Shown: positions 49,215 through 63,976 of the stretch, piece by piece | How the letters are laid out: every line of letters starts with the position of its first letter | Position numbering within the stretch: the stretch's first letter is position 1 | From: Octopus vulgaris | Lineage: Eukaryota | Reading direction: 5' to 3' | NCBI GenBank assembly: GCA_951406725.2 | Contig: OX597837.1 | Span: 7,192,001-7,256,000 of the forward strand | DNA: 64,000 nucleotides | Made by a program: the position numbers and the translations under genes | Notes under the pieces: generated by a model | Database searches by the model: none | Seen by the model: only the letters and a program-made list of their open reading frames with translations | What the model was told of the DNA's origin: nothing

Positions 49215-51359
49215 TAAATATATATAACCTATCCTTAAAGACTCACATACCAAATCGAAACAAGGTCAGTATCTTAAACGATCTTCCAATATACACTCAT
49301 ATGAATGAGTGTGAGTACATGCTCACATGCCATGTGCAACAATATCAACAATATACACACATAAATGCATGCATGATTTTATGTAAAATAACTGAAATAT
49401 GCAATCCTATTTACATTTAAGAAAACAGAAAACCAATCAACTAAAGAAATGACTGTGTGTGTCTTTGTGTTTATTTACCCACCACTTGAGAACCACAGTT
49501 GGTTTGTTTATGTTCACAGTGATAGAATACCAGAGTTTTAAAAAAAAGGCACTGGGTTGATTTCTTTAACTAAACTCTCAAGGTAGAGGCCCCAGTAGGG
49601 CCGTAGTCCAATGACTGAAACATATAAAAGAAGATACAACACTAGGTTTACTCACAGCCACCAACAAAGATGTTTTGCATATCTGAAATGAACATTATCA
49701 GATGATCATTTCATTGGTGGCTGCCACCTTTGGCAGTGTCTTTTTTGCCCTGCTTCTACCACGGTGTCAGAGAGACCAAAGTCATGGGAATGACAATTGC
49801 ATTTTAGAATACTGTTTGATTCCAGTTCAATTTCATTTTACCAAATTTCTGTTGCAAGGGTTCAGTTAGACCCTGAGATTAAGGGATCTCAACAATCAAA
49901 TCCATTTCAACCATTATCACCATATTTCCTTAAGTTTGTCTGCTTCTTCACTTTAACCCTCACCAAAGTCAGTTTTCAGCTCTAACCTGCCCCCTACTTC
50001 CAAAAACAAAATGGGAACTACTCAGGTTTAAGCATTTTACTATTGATGTTCTACAGCTAAAAAAAAAAGAGCCTCTACAATTTGCTAGAAACAGCAGCTA
50101 CATTCTCCCACATCACACAACACTAAAAGAAAAATGGAAGGAAACATCGGATACTGTAATTCTACTTACCCTATAAAAACAAACATAAAATATCAGATTG
50201 GTCTGTCATGGCTGGCACAGAAGACCTTTGACCATGGGTCAGCTCGATCAGGATTGACCTGGAGCTAAATAACAACAACAATTATAACAGCAAAGATAAT
50301 AATAGGAAATTTGGAAGCCCCGATTATGGAAAACCAAGACAGATCAGCAGTCGATTATATTCTTAGATAGGTACAAAAGGTCTCAGGTTAATAAGAGAAC
50401 TGAAGTGAGAGATCGTGTGATGTTCATGTACTTCCGAAATGCAGTAGGTGGTAATGATATACTGGAGGTGGTGGTGGTTGTTGGTGGAATGGGGTGCGGG
50501 GAATGAAATAGCAAAGACCCAAATTTTAGCACTATGTTACTGACTGAGAAATTACTGAATCCCTTCACTTTGAATAAACAGGGTATTAAATCATTAAATT
50601 CCACCTACCCCTTCCTGAAAAAAAAAAAAAAAAAAAATGTATGTTGGTTAGTAAAAGCTTAATGGAGTTTGGGGGTTCCCATGAGATAGTTTTGATAAGA
50701 AACTGAAAGCAAATTTGTGAGTTTTGGGGGGACTGCATGATTTTAGGGTTTGCTTGCAAATTAAAACTAATTAATCCATTTTAACCCAATGAGGAACAAA
50801 AAGAACATTCAAGATCCTTAACGAATATACATGTTTAAGTGTTTCTACTTTATAAATATATATATATCGTATGTGTGTGTGTGTGTATACTTCTGTTCAC
50901 ATGTATGTATAATTTCATGTATATAAATGCACATATAATGTATATATGATATACATCTAATGCATGTCATATATACATAGAGATTTATATATATTTTTAT
51001 ATAAATATGTGTGTATACATGTGCATGCTGCTTGTATTTATAAGGTCCCTAACATAACAATACATACAGGGGGTGTGTGTATGCATGCATGCACGTCTCA
51101 GGCAAGGGACACGTGTGTGATTTTTTTAGTCCATTATTTCCTTCAAGACTAGCTGTTCATTCAATGTACAAACATTCCAACAAACTATAAACAGGCCAAA
51201 AATAAAACAAATAAAAACAGGAGGCATTGCTCAAAAAAACCAGAAAAAATATACAATCAAGAAAAAAATGCAGTTTGTTTTTTTTTTCATTTCATTTTCA
51301 AGAGATAGCATGCTCCACATTACTACAGCACAATTACATTTCATGTCATTCATGTGTTG

Positions 51360-51406
<47 letters not shown>

Positions 51407-51659
51407 GCATTCATTTGGAAAGGAGGCTGTTTGTAAACACGGAAAGACAACAATTGTAGATTTTGCTCAAAGATTGAAAGTGTTTCAAAAAATGCTAGAG
51501 CGAAATAATAATAATAATAATCATAATAGTGATAATAATAATAATAATGATGGGAGCAGACAGAAATAGACTGCAACAGAATAAATTGCTATTCTTCATT
51601 TTCATTATAGAATTCAGTATAATTTAAATATAGAGCTTGCGTGTATGTATGTATATATA

Positions 51660-51690
<31 letters not shown>

Positions 51691-54269
51691 ACTCAGATTT
51701 TCAATTTTACAGTTGGCTCGCTGATTTTTCCTTATCACACAGACATTGTGATCTCTGAAGGTTATGGTTAACTCTCAGAAACAGCATCCTAACTGTAAGG
51801 TCACAAAATCTGAATATTACATATATATACATACATGTACAATGCAGGGACACTAAATTTTAGGAACAGAGAAATAAAAAGCTGTGACGAATATAATTTT
51901 TTTTTTTTTAATTAATTGACTAATAAGGATTTTCTTCAAAATTAAGACATTAATAATAAAATTAATTATAATTTCTATGAATATTTTAATTCATCTCATC
52001 ATTGTATTTAAATCTAATCTATTAAATTTTTCAAACTGCTTTACGGTGAAACTAGAATAAGTAAAGAGCATTCTACATTAATTTCTACATTAATTATCAT
52101 TAATTAACTAATTAAATTTGCAGCAGTAAACAACCTCCTTCTCCAAGTTTTCCACATAATTATATACAAGTTCAATTCAAGCAAAAGGTTTGATTTTTTT
52201 TGTTTTTTTTTTTCAGACCAACAAATATTACAAAATAGCAAAATCATTCATCAGCGCATGTGTGTTGGTAAGTATATATATATACTATATATATATATAT
52301 ATATATATATTGTGTGTGTGTGTACATGCAAACAATAATAATCTTGGTTTTGGTTGGGAATTTTTAAAAATTATTTTTCTATTTTTTTTCTTTCCTTGTT
52401 ATTATATTTTGTTTGTTTTCTAAATTGCAAAAAAAAAACAAAAATTAAAAACAATAAAAATGAGATTCGACTTGAAAAATAAAAATAAATAAATGATGAG
52501 TAATAATAATAATAATAATGCTGATAACATCATAGCAAGACAACTGAGCCCCACCATTCCACAGGCAACCTGTTACTTTTGGGGTTTTTTTTTAATTTTT
52601 TCAAACCAAGAACAATAAGACATTTAAAATCATAGATTAAAAAAAAAAACATGCCCCTTATTCAAGATTTTAATAAAAGAAAAACAGTAGTAAGATGATT
52701 TTTTTTTTTGTACTTTAGGTTGTTTTTGTAACTCATAATCAGACCGGCATTAATTACAATATTAGCACATACACATGCAATTTGCAAAGGGGTCACTTTT
52801 AATTATGCTGCTTGCATCTTTTTTTTTTTTTTTTGTGAAGTTTATTTGGTTTCAAGTCCTTGTTCTTAATGGGTGACCCCGAAATATACAAGTCTAATAA
52901 CAAATCATGCACCAAACACTTGTTTTCTGTTTTTTTTAAATGTTTATTATTTCTCTTTTTAAATCCATTCTCTTTATTTTTTTTCTTTGTTTATGCATCA
53001 ATGAAAAATCTTTTTTTTTTGCATGTTTTTCATTACAAAAAAATCAGTCATGCACAATGCAGAGATATATATATTGAAAACGCATATTATAGACATATAC
53101 ATACACATACATATTTATATAAGTGCTCCAGCATGACCGTAGCCGTGATGGCTAAAACAGACTAAACAACTAGAAAAACATATAAGTATATATATATATG
53201 TATATATATATTATATATATACACACATACATTATATATATATATATATAACATTCCCAAAAAGCCCATTCCGAAAAAAAAAAATGAGAAACAAGCTGTC
53301 TGCAAACACAAGACTTTCATACACATTCAAAGACAACAATAACAAAAAAAAAAAAATAATAAAATAATGGACATTAGAGATAGGAGTAGGGGGCAGGGCT
53401 ACAGAAAAAAAAAATGTCAAAATTTGAAAATCAGAAAATTACAAGACACAAACAAATACATACCAATAATTAGTTAAATGAAGAAAGTTAATGACTATTC
53501 AAGACATTTGTGTATCTTAAGTTACTATATGCATATATACATGCTGTTTCTGTATAACTTCATCAGTAGTATTTTTATGAAAGGAGAAAAGAAAAAAAAT
53601 GTCAATTGATCTTTGACCAATCAAACCAACCATAAGAATATGCCGTCATAAGTCCCTCTCCCCTCCCCATCAGTAGAAATATATAAATTGTGTGTGTGTG
53701 TGTGTGTTGATAATGCATAGATATAGAGGAAAGCAAAAATCTAAAGCTATACATATATGTGCCTGGAGCTGTTGCTGTGCTGGGCCATGCCTGGCTGTTT
53801 TAGGATTCATAGCATATATTTATTTGGGGGCTAAGGGTAGAGATTATATTATAGATAGCACTTTATTTTTTACCTGTTTATGATTTTAAATTAAGAGTAG
53901 ACAAGTACAGGTGTGTGTGTGTGTGAATAAAAGAGACAAAGGCATTTTAGCTAAAACAAGCGAAGATAAAATATAGAAGTCTACAATGACTATTATTATT
54001 ATTATTATCATTTTTGCTATCACTACTTCTATTAATTTAGTAATAATGAATAAAATGGATTTAGCATACGGGCACGAGTCTACTTAATTGAAGGGGAGGG
54101 GGTATAAAGTTGGATTATATTTATATATTGGGCCCCTAAAATTCTTGACTGACATTGTTTTATCAACCTTTGGATAAAAGAAAGATCTGAAAGGGCCTAG
54201 TTGAATTGCTGCTGCTAGAAAACCTGCAAGAAATTTCGGCACGTGCTTTGAGAATTCTTTCAATTCACC

Positions 54270-55860
54270 TAGAACTAAAAATGGCTTCAAATTTTGGCAC
54301 AAGGCCAGCAATTTCAGAGGAGAGGGTAAATCAATTTCATCTACATCGGTGATCAACTGCTACTTATTTTATCAACCTGCTCCTGAAAGGAGGAAAAGTA
54401 AAGTTGACCTCAGCAGAATTTGAACTCTGGATGCAAATGCCGATGAAATGATGCAAAACATTTTTTCCCTGTGTGTTTAATAATTCTGCAAACTCGCCGC
54501 CTAAATTATTTCCAAAATAATTAATAATAATAATAATCCTTTCTACTACTGGCACGAGGTTGGAAATCTTGAAGGAATAGGTTATATAGTCAATTACATC
54601 AACCCCAGAATTCAACTGGTACTTATTTCATCGATCCTGGAAGGATGGAAAGCAAAAATCAATTTTGGCAGCATTTTAACTTAGAACATAAAGATGAACG
54701 AAATGTCACTGAGCTTTTTGTCTAGCATGCTAACAATTCTGCTAGATTGCTGCCTTACCATAATACGAATGACAAGACACAAAACCAATTATCTAGGATC
54801 AGAGAATACAGCATTTATGTGAGCAGCCCATGATCATACTAGAAAACAGACGGACAACAGAAACCTGTGTAGGTCTGTCGAGGAAGCACTTTCTTTTTTT
54901 TTTGTATATATTACTGTGTGTATGTGTGCATATATCATTGAGTGAGAGACATGAGACTAACAAAATGCTGTTTTTTGTTTTAGGGACAAATGAATATATT
55001 TCTAGAGTTTTACACACATGCATATATATATATATATATATATATGAATGTATATACATATCGATACATGAATATACAACTATAAAGCATCTATAAATTT
55101 TAGGGACCATTTTCCTAAATATTTTTGTTGTCTGCTTTTTTATCTTCATACCCTTAACATTAAACAGGGAATACAATTCATTTGGAATGATGAAATGCCA
55201 GCTAATAATAATGATAATAATAATAATAATAATAACATTCAAGCTACGAATGAGTAAAGCCAACCTTGGAGAGATTTTGAACTTGGAAGGTCCATAAGTA
55301 AATTCCAAAAGCCATTTTCTCAAATTAAGAGTCAAGTATAAGCACATTTTAAAATATTCTCTCAGCTGTTGCAAAATGAAGTGCAAAGTCGACCTTGTTG
55401 GGCTTTGAACTCAGAATATAGCAAGATATAACTAAGCATAGCAAGACACTTTATCTAATGCCTTTGTCAATAATAATAATCCTTTACGCTATAGGCAAGG
55501 CAAAGTTGACCTCAGCAGAATTTGAACTCAGAACATAAAGACAAGTAAAATGTCACACAGCATTATGCCCAGTGTGCTAATGATTCTGCAAACTGGCCAC
55601 CTTAATAATAAATAATAACGATAATACTATTTCTACTTTAGGCACAAGGCCAGCAACTTTTAGAGGAAAGAATAAGTCAATATTCTTTGCTACTCTAGGC
55701 ACAAGGCTTAAAATTAGATCAACCCCAATACACAACTGGTACTTAATTTATTAATCTCAAAAGGATGAAAGGCGAAGTCGACCTTTGTGGAATTTGAACT
55801 CAGAACGTAAAGACATAAAATATCGCTAAGCATTTCGCCCAGCATGCTAACGTTTCTGCC
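54270..55860 (-). mobile_element. Cluster of old, diverged family A SINE fragments
   Basis: Repeated aaagt(t/c)gacct...gaatttgaactc and actggtactta motifs at ~54360-54500, 54540-54760, 55380-55860. Confidence 0.7.
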
Positions 55861-58800
55861 TTGAAGAGTATGTCGATATTATCAATCCCAGGACTTGAAT
55901 GCTACCTTATTCCCTATGTAAGGAAAACAAGACAGTCAGCCTCATTATGATTTGAAACAGGAATGTAAAATTACCAGAATAAATACCACAAGGCTTATGT
56001 GCCTGCAATCCATCTTTTAAAATAATAATTATGGTGGTCTTCAAATATATATTCAAAGTCTACAAGAGAGCACTTCAGGTTAACTAACACCTTAGTAATC
56101 TAACACCAATCTCTCTTCCACAATTACAAGGCTTGCAATCAGAGGAAATGTAGTTTGATTGCATCAGTCCCAGAGAATTACTGGTAACATTAATTAAATT
56201 TCTGTAATGAATTAAAAGATGCAAAAAGGGTCTTAAATATTTTAAACCCGACAGCTGCTACACCCTGCCCTTTTTTGCTTCTCTCAGCTACCTCACCTTT
56301 CCCTAATGGTCATGGTTAATCCACTTTAATCCCCGCTTCTAAAAATGTATCTGAAGCAAAAACCAACCTGAGTGGGGTTCAAAATCGGAATGCAATCTGA
56401 GGCGACCAAACACCACAAGGTATTTTATCTGAAGCTCTACTGATTCTGCAACTAGAACGATAATAATAATGATAATAATCAAAAGATTATGTACAGCTTA
56501 GCATATTATTTCATGGTAGGCAAAATAACACAGCAATCCTTATCCAAGTTACTAATTTTTCTCTTATTCTATTTAAAACAAATTTTTAAATGTATATATG
56601 GATATATATGTGTGTGTGTGTGTTGCATATTAATGGGGGCTAATAGGAAGGGGAAGAGAGAGCAAAGAGGCATTTCAGGAACTGATCTGATCTTTTTTAT
56701 TATTGTCGCTATAATCATTAATGTTTTTATATATATATTACACACGCACACACATGTATATACATACACAATCACACACCTATATATATATATATATATA
56801 ATTTCATATATATATGTATAGAAACACACTCAACATCATACACAAACTTATGTACAAGCTATATATATATACAGATGTATATATATATTATAGGTTATCA
56901 GCTGGTTTACCGTATAACCAACCAACCAACCATGTTTTTGTATTATTTTTTTATCTGCTGGAAGAACAAGAGAAAAATTTTTTTTTGTTTTTTTTTACAG
57001 GGATCATAAGAAATCAGCCATCTTCTAGACAGGAGGAAAGAAGAAGTCTTCAGAATCGGTAAAAACTTTTTTTTTTTTTTGGGTTGTTTGATTTATTGAT
57101 TAACTGGTTGATTGTGTTAAGTTTTTAATGTCCTTTTTTGTAGTATTTTTTTAATATTATTATTATATATTTTTAATTTTTTTTTTTTTTTTTAAGTAAC
57201 ATAAAAACTTTGTTTTCAGAAATTTAGAGTTGGTTGCAGTAATTCTGGACAACATTGTGAAGTCTTAGTCTTTCAACATAATTCCATTCACATCTAAAAT
57301 GGTTTTATAAGAATTATAAATTGACTGACATGCTAATTCTTATAACTTGCTTGGTACCGTACCTTATTCTTATCAACTCTCCACCAGAATGACACTAACA
57401 AAAAAAAAAAAAAAAAAAAAGAGGCAGACTAAATCTGACCTCATCAGGGCTTGAACTCAAACTGTAAAAGACCAAAAGACTGCAACTTAATGTCTCAGAG
57501 GCATTTTGTCCAACACCGTAATTTTTCTGCCAATTCACGTAATACTTTTAGTTCCATTTTCAGTTTGTATTTTTTAAATATAATTTTTTTTTTTTCATTC
57601 TACAGCTCAAAAGAAAGAAAAAAAAGTGAGCGAGGGTGTGTGTCAGTGTCTGTCTGTGTGTTTTCTGATTCTGTTATTGCGTGTATGTATGCGTAAGTAT
57701 GAGTGCATGTATCGTCTGTGTGTGTGTGTGTGTGTGAATATGACAGGCCAATGTATATGGATGTGATGAACATGAACAGAAATATTGCACAATTCAGGAG
57801 TTTCACCCGCACATAATTATGTATATGTAACGGTATGATAATGATGATGATGATGATGATGACCATAATGTCAAGGATCATAATAATAATAATAATAATA
57901 ATAATAATCAAAATAATAGTAATAATAATAATGATTTCTTTATTATTATGGTAATAATAATAATGACAATAATGATGATATAGGTGATGATGATGATGAT
58001 GAGGGTTTTTTTAACAGAGGCACAGGGCCACAAAACTTTGGAAGAAGGAACTTTTGACTAAATCAACCCCAGTTAAGCACGACTGGGTTTGAACTGAGAA
58101 TGTAAAGGGAAAGAACTTAAATACCACAAGGCATTTTTTGTCCGACACTCTACTAATTCTGCCATTCACCACTCTGAATGATAATAATGGTGATGTTAAT
58201 AATAATAATAATAATAATAATCATAATAATGATGATGATGATAAATTTTGATACAGGCCCAAGGCCTTATTGTATTTTGTTGGGGGAAAAAAGTAGGGGT
58301 GGTATGTCAGTTACATAGACTCACCTGTCCCCCAGTACATCACTGATACTTAATTTTTCATTTTTTTTTTTGTATCTTATTTCTCGATCCCAGAGCTATT
58401 GGGGATATTCAAAATGTAAAGAGACACATCTACAACGCGCAAAGCATATTCGTCTGTTGTTCAAACTGATTCGCCACAATCCACCACCCTCCAACCTATT
58501 ATGAATAAATAAATAATGATAATAATAATGTGAAGGAAGTTAATAATGTTCTTGTTACTTAAGGAAATTAAAGTCAGAGATAAAACCAAATTAAAACAGT
58601 GTCTCAGTCGTTCTGGGAGCATAAAACAATATGCTTACAGCAGTTAGATAGAACAGTGAGCCCTGCATGATATACATACAAACCGGGTACAGAAGAAACC
58701 TTGTAGCACCTGAATCCAGTAAGGGTCAAACGAAAGGGGATTTCAAGGATGGAACAAGAACGGGGTGGGGTGGGTGTATTTAGTTGGCTTATGGGTGGAA

Positions 58801-59567
58801 GGGGGAAGCTTCTCAATTTCATAGAATAATAATAATAATATTGATGGTGGTAATTAATGATAACATGGTATTACGATTGAAATCATGGTTTGAAGTATTT
58901 TTCGACAAAATCATTAAAAGAAAAGGAAAACATTTTTTTTTACCATTTTAAAATATCGAACATTAATTTTCTTTAAAAACAAAAAAAGAAGGAAAGAAAA
59001 ATAACAGTTAAGTTACACAAAGAATAATTTCAATTAGGACAAAAAAAAACGGACAATTCGAAGAGAGGAATTTTTTTTTTTTTTTGAAATTTTAATAAAT
59101 GAAAAAAAAAATAATAAAAAACTTTAAAAAAAATTATTTAAAGGAAAACAAATTTTTCAGTTTTTCTGAATAAATTTTTTTGCATATATATATAATTGTA
59201 TATGTTTTGTTTTGATTTTTGTTGGTTATTTTTTTTTTTAATTTATATATATATTCATACTTTGAAAGTTTTTTTTTTTAATTTTTTGGACTGCGCTTAA
59301 AATGAGCAAAACAAGGCAAGAGAATTTCATTTGGTAATAAGTATTTCAGGAAAATAAATTTTAAAAGAATAATAATAAAAAAAAAGAAAACAAAAAAATT
59401 ACACATGGATTCGCGCTGAAAAACAAAAATTGGCAGAAGTAAAGAAGTTCGGAAGAAAAAAATGAAGAGAAAAATAACATATCAATTAAAAAAATATAAC
59501 AAAATAGTAAATATGTATTTATATATAACTTAACATGTTATGTTCATATAAATATGCGTGTGAGTGA

Positions 59568-59635
<68 letters not shown>

Positions 59636-59964
59636 ATATACAAATATATGTGTAAGTTGAGGAGCCTTGAACCATAAACCTGAGTTTCAAGTTACCAATT
59701 ATTGAGACGATTATGGCAGGGATGTAGCATGACAATACCTAAGCAAAAATACTCAGAGATATAATGTTTGACAAAAAAAAAAAATTTCAACATGTATATA
59801 TTTTGCCTTGGTGCTTCTCCACTTCATTTATTCATATGCATAATTGGCAACACAAAAACTCTGAAGCATGATTCAAAAAAGCTCTAGCTTAGAGTAAAAT
59901 ATTTCCACTGTGTATTCAATATGATCTCCCATATTTGTAAATGCAAACATTAATCAACCCAGAT

Positions 59965-59975
59965 CTATACATATA

Positions 59976-60021
<46 letters not shown>

Positions 60022-60067
60022 CATATATATATAAATATTTATATATATATATGTGTACATATGTAAA

Positions 60068-60107
<40 letters not shown>

Positions 60108-60221
60108 CATACATATATAAATATTTATATATATATATATGTGTACATATGTAAATGCATATATATATATACATACATATATAATATAAATATTATATAT
60201 ATATATGTGTACATATGTAAA

Positions 60222-60257
<36 letters not shown>

Positions 60258-60340
60258 TACATATGTAAAAATGCATATATATAAACGTGTATATATATGT
60301 GTGTAAGTACATATGTAAAAATGCATATATATATGTGTGT
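59965..60340. repeat. TA tract with repeated gtacatatgtaaatgc units
   Basis: Direct inspection. Confidence 0.9.
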
Positions 60341-60858
60341 GTGAAGACATAAATTTGGTATAAGTTTTGATCTTTTTTTGTAAGCAAAACCAAATGTGAT
60401 TTCTCCATCACACTTCATTAGCTTAGATTTCTTTCCATCCTAAATTAAAAATAATTGGCCTAATAAATGTAAAATAGAGTGGGAGTGTATGTTTGTGTGT
60501 ACATATATATATGTGTGTGTGTGTGTGTATGTTTGCTCACTTATACATATCTATATTACATACGTGCGTATGTGTGTGTGTGTATCTGTGCATGTTTGTT
60601 CAGATATAGATACCTATATTATGTGTATGTGTGAGTGTGTGTGATGTACATGCTTATTCATATGTTTGAAGCTGAAGCTTTCATCCATTGCTACTCAGGA
60701 GTTTTCTGTGAAAAACGGAATTAGTAAACTCCAAGTACGAACAGACAGAAAAACAAGTTTCTACCAAATGAATAAACTTTATTACATGCACGCAGTACTT
60801 AATCGTAAATCCTAACACACAAACATATTTATATACACATAACACACACACACATGTG

Positions 60859-60898
<40 letters not shown>

Positions 60899-60926
60899 TA
60901 TATGTATATATATATATTATATATAT

Positions 60927-61195
60927 AAAAATGTCGAACAATGAAAATGAGTGCTCAACACTGCATTGGTGGATATAATTTCTTTATTTATGAATCAAGG
61001 CTACCATTGGTTTTATGTTAAGAAAAGTAGGAAGATATCTTGGTGTCTTGACAATTTTTCAAGGTGTTTTCTAAAATGGAGGCAAACAACTTTCTCCATG
61101 TGATCAGCTTGAAAAATTGTTACGCCACTAGAATATTTTTCTACTTTTCTTTACATGAAACCAACGGTAGCATTAATTCACAAATAAAGAACAGA
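60927..61195. mobile_element. Fold-back insert in (TA)n with decayed hammerhead-like geometry
   Basis: 60980-61063 vs 61108-61191 inverted; family copy at 45593. Confidence 0.72.
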
Positions 61196-62159
61196 TATAT
61201 ATATATATACATACATACATGCATATATATATAAACACACGTAATGTATGTTGAAATATGAATGATCTCTAGAACAGCAACAGGAAGAAGTTATGAGATT
61301 TTCAAAGCAAATGATAAAAATAAAAAAAAACATGATAAATTAATATTACAAAAGACTAGAAAATAAATTAGGGTTCACCAGATATAATCAGCCCAAAGTT
61401 ACACGTCTCATAAATGCTTGCACACAAATACATTCACACATATACATACATATCAGTCTAGTTTAAAAGATATTTCACTGGTTTCAGCAGGTTTCTTTGG
61501 GTGGGTGGGTGGGTGGGTCCTTATTTTATTTCAAGCTAATCCCTCTGTGACACCATACTTATATATTATTCTGTCTTAGCTGGGCCCCTAATTCTTCAAA
61601 ATCGCTAATTTCATTATATATCAATTTAATTAATTTTATTAATTATTTATAAATATCGTCAGTAAAGTTATTATAGTTTCCTTCTCTAATGCAACCCCTT
61701 GTGGCAAATAAAGAAATCACTATTATTATATTTGTTAATTACTAATTAATAATATTACTGTGATTATTACTGCAATAACAAGTTTTAAATTTTATGATTA
61801 TTATTATTATTATCATCATTATAATTATTATTACCACAATACCAATGATAGTAATTATCTTCATCATCATGTGAATCATTTAGTTATGATAGTAATACCT
61901 TTTTCAAAAATATTAATTTGCATGTGTGTGTATATATATATATATATATCCTGTTTGTGTATATACAAGTGTGTACTTCTACCCTAATGTAAATTTTAGA
62001 TATTTATATAATTGCTCTTTGCTTGCAATGCAATTTAAAGAGAAGAAAAAAAAAACTTAATCTCTTGCAAAACGGGGGTTAAAAGAAAACTAATGAAAAT
62101 AAAATTACAAATCTTAATTCAAATCTTTAAAATTTGTTGGAAATAATAAATTCTTTCTC

Positions 62160-62365
62160 TCTACTACTAGCACAGGGCCTGAAGTTTTGTGGTGGGGGGG
62201 TGGAGGGGAAAATGCTAGTTGGTTAGATTGATCCCCTCCCAAAAAAAGTATGAAAGTCAAAGTCGCTATTGTTGGTTATATTTGAACTCAGAACATAAAG
62301 ATGGACGAAATACCACTAAGCATTTTGCCCAGCATGCTAATGATTCTGCCACCTCATCACCTTCA
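62160..62365 (-). mobile_element. Diverged SINE family A
   Basis: tttgaactcagaac...gacgaaatacc.ctaagcatttt gcccagcatgctaatgattctgcca. Confidence 0.7.
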
Positions 62366-63556
62366 CTAGTAGTAGTAGTAGTAATAATAATAATAATGAT
62401 TTTAGGCACAACGCCAATAATTTTTGAGGGTAATTTTTACTAAATTCTTTGTTATATTTTAAATTAATTGAAATTAGGCAATACCATAAATCTCATTACT
62501 CTGACAGGTACTTTAAGGACCCCAAAAGAGTGAAAGGGGAAGATTTTTTCCATTACCTCTATGTATGTACACGTGTATGTGAATGTATACACATTTGAGA
62601 GAATGCGTGCACATGTATATGAATGTGAGTGTGTGACTTTTTTTTCTTTATAAGAGAAATTAGATGAGGAAAGGATGTATTTTTTTAATGTGATAAATAT
62701 AAATAATTATAATCATCATATACAGACACACAGACAGACATACATACAATCTGAAGGGGATGAAAGGGTAGAATTTAATGGAAAAAAAAAAAAATTATGA
62801 GAAATTACGAAATGAAATTCCAAGGAAGAATTAAAAATAGATTTAAAATGATGAAAAAACATTTTAAATGACTGAATAATAATGACAAAAAAATTTATGG
62901 AATAATAATATATTTTAAATATAATGTCTGAGTATTTCAAAATGTTTTATTTTGTATTTTTGTTGTCTTTTACGGTAAATCAGATCCTGGATTTTGGTAA
63001 GCATTTCTTTCTGTATGTTGTTGTTACTATTATTATTATTATTATGATTATTATTATTTATCATTTATACATGGTGTGCTGCGTGTCTCATTTCATTGAG
63101 TAAGTAGTTTTAAAAAGAAAACAAAGGTTGTTTTTAATTTATTGATTAATTAACTTCCACCAAACGAAGGGGAAAAAGTTAATTAATAATAATGATGATA
63201 ATAATAATGGTAATAATTCTGGCAAGAAAGCACATTATCTAGGATGTATGTATGAATCTTGGTGGCTTTAAATAAGGAAATGAACGCACACATACACCAC
63301 TAAATATACTCACACACACACACATACAGAGAGAGAGAAAATGCACATGCACGCACGCACACACTTACATAGAAAGACATGCTCGCCTTTGCATATACAT
63401 GCATAACAAGAATAGAGATTCAAAGAATCAAAGAGAGCTCATTGTAAAGCACTCCACCTAGTGCACGGCTATCATGAGAAAGCATGGTTAAGACTAGGAT
63501 ATAACCTCACCATCATTCTGAAAATCCCAGAATTGCAATGGTGGAGAGTATTATGA

Positions 63557-63706
63557 AAATTGATCGATGAAGGAAAGTGAAAGAATTATTTATTACATTT
63601 GTTGACACCTGTTTTGTAATCTTATGTAAGTTACATAGATTATGAAACAGCTGTCAACAAATGGAATAAACATTCCTTTATTTCATTTCTTTCATCCAAT
63701 CAATTT
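63557..63706. repeat. ~73-bp-arm hairpin containing the hammerhead 3' half GAAACAGCTGTC
   Basis: catttgttgacacctgttttgtaatct...ttacatagattatgaaacagctgtcaacaaatg; followed by (TA)n. Confidence 0.7.
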
Positions 63707-63933
63707 ATATATATACGTGTGTGTGTGTGTGTAAAGTTAGCAAAATTTTGGGTCCACGAGATTTATATATTTCTTTAATTTTTTGTGGGAAGTTTGTGGT
63801 TATGGTCATAGCTACAAGTAATAGGGTGTTAATGGATGTTAATGAATGTAATTCACAAGGAAGAACATATATAATATGAACATATAATGGAGAAGGAGTG
63901 AAAGAAAGAAGAGGCTGTGTGTATATCTATTTA

Positions 63934-63976
<43 letters not shown>

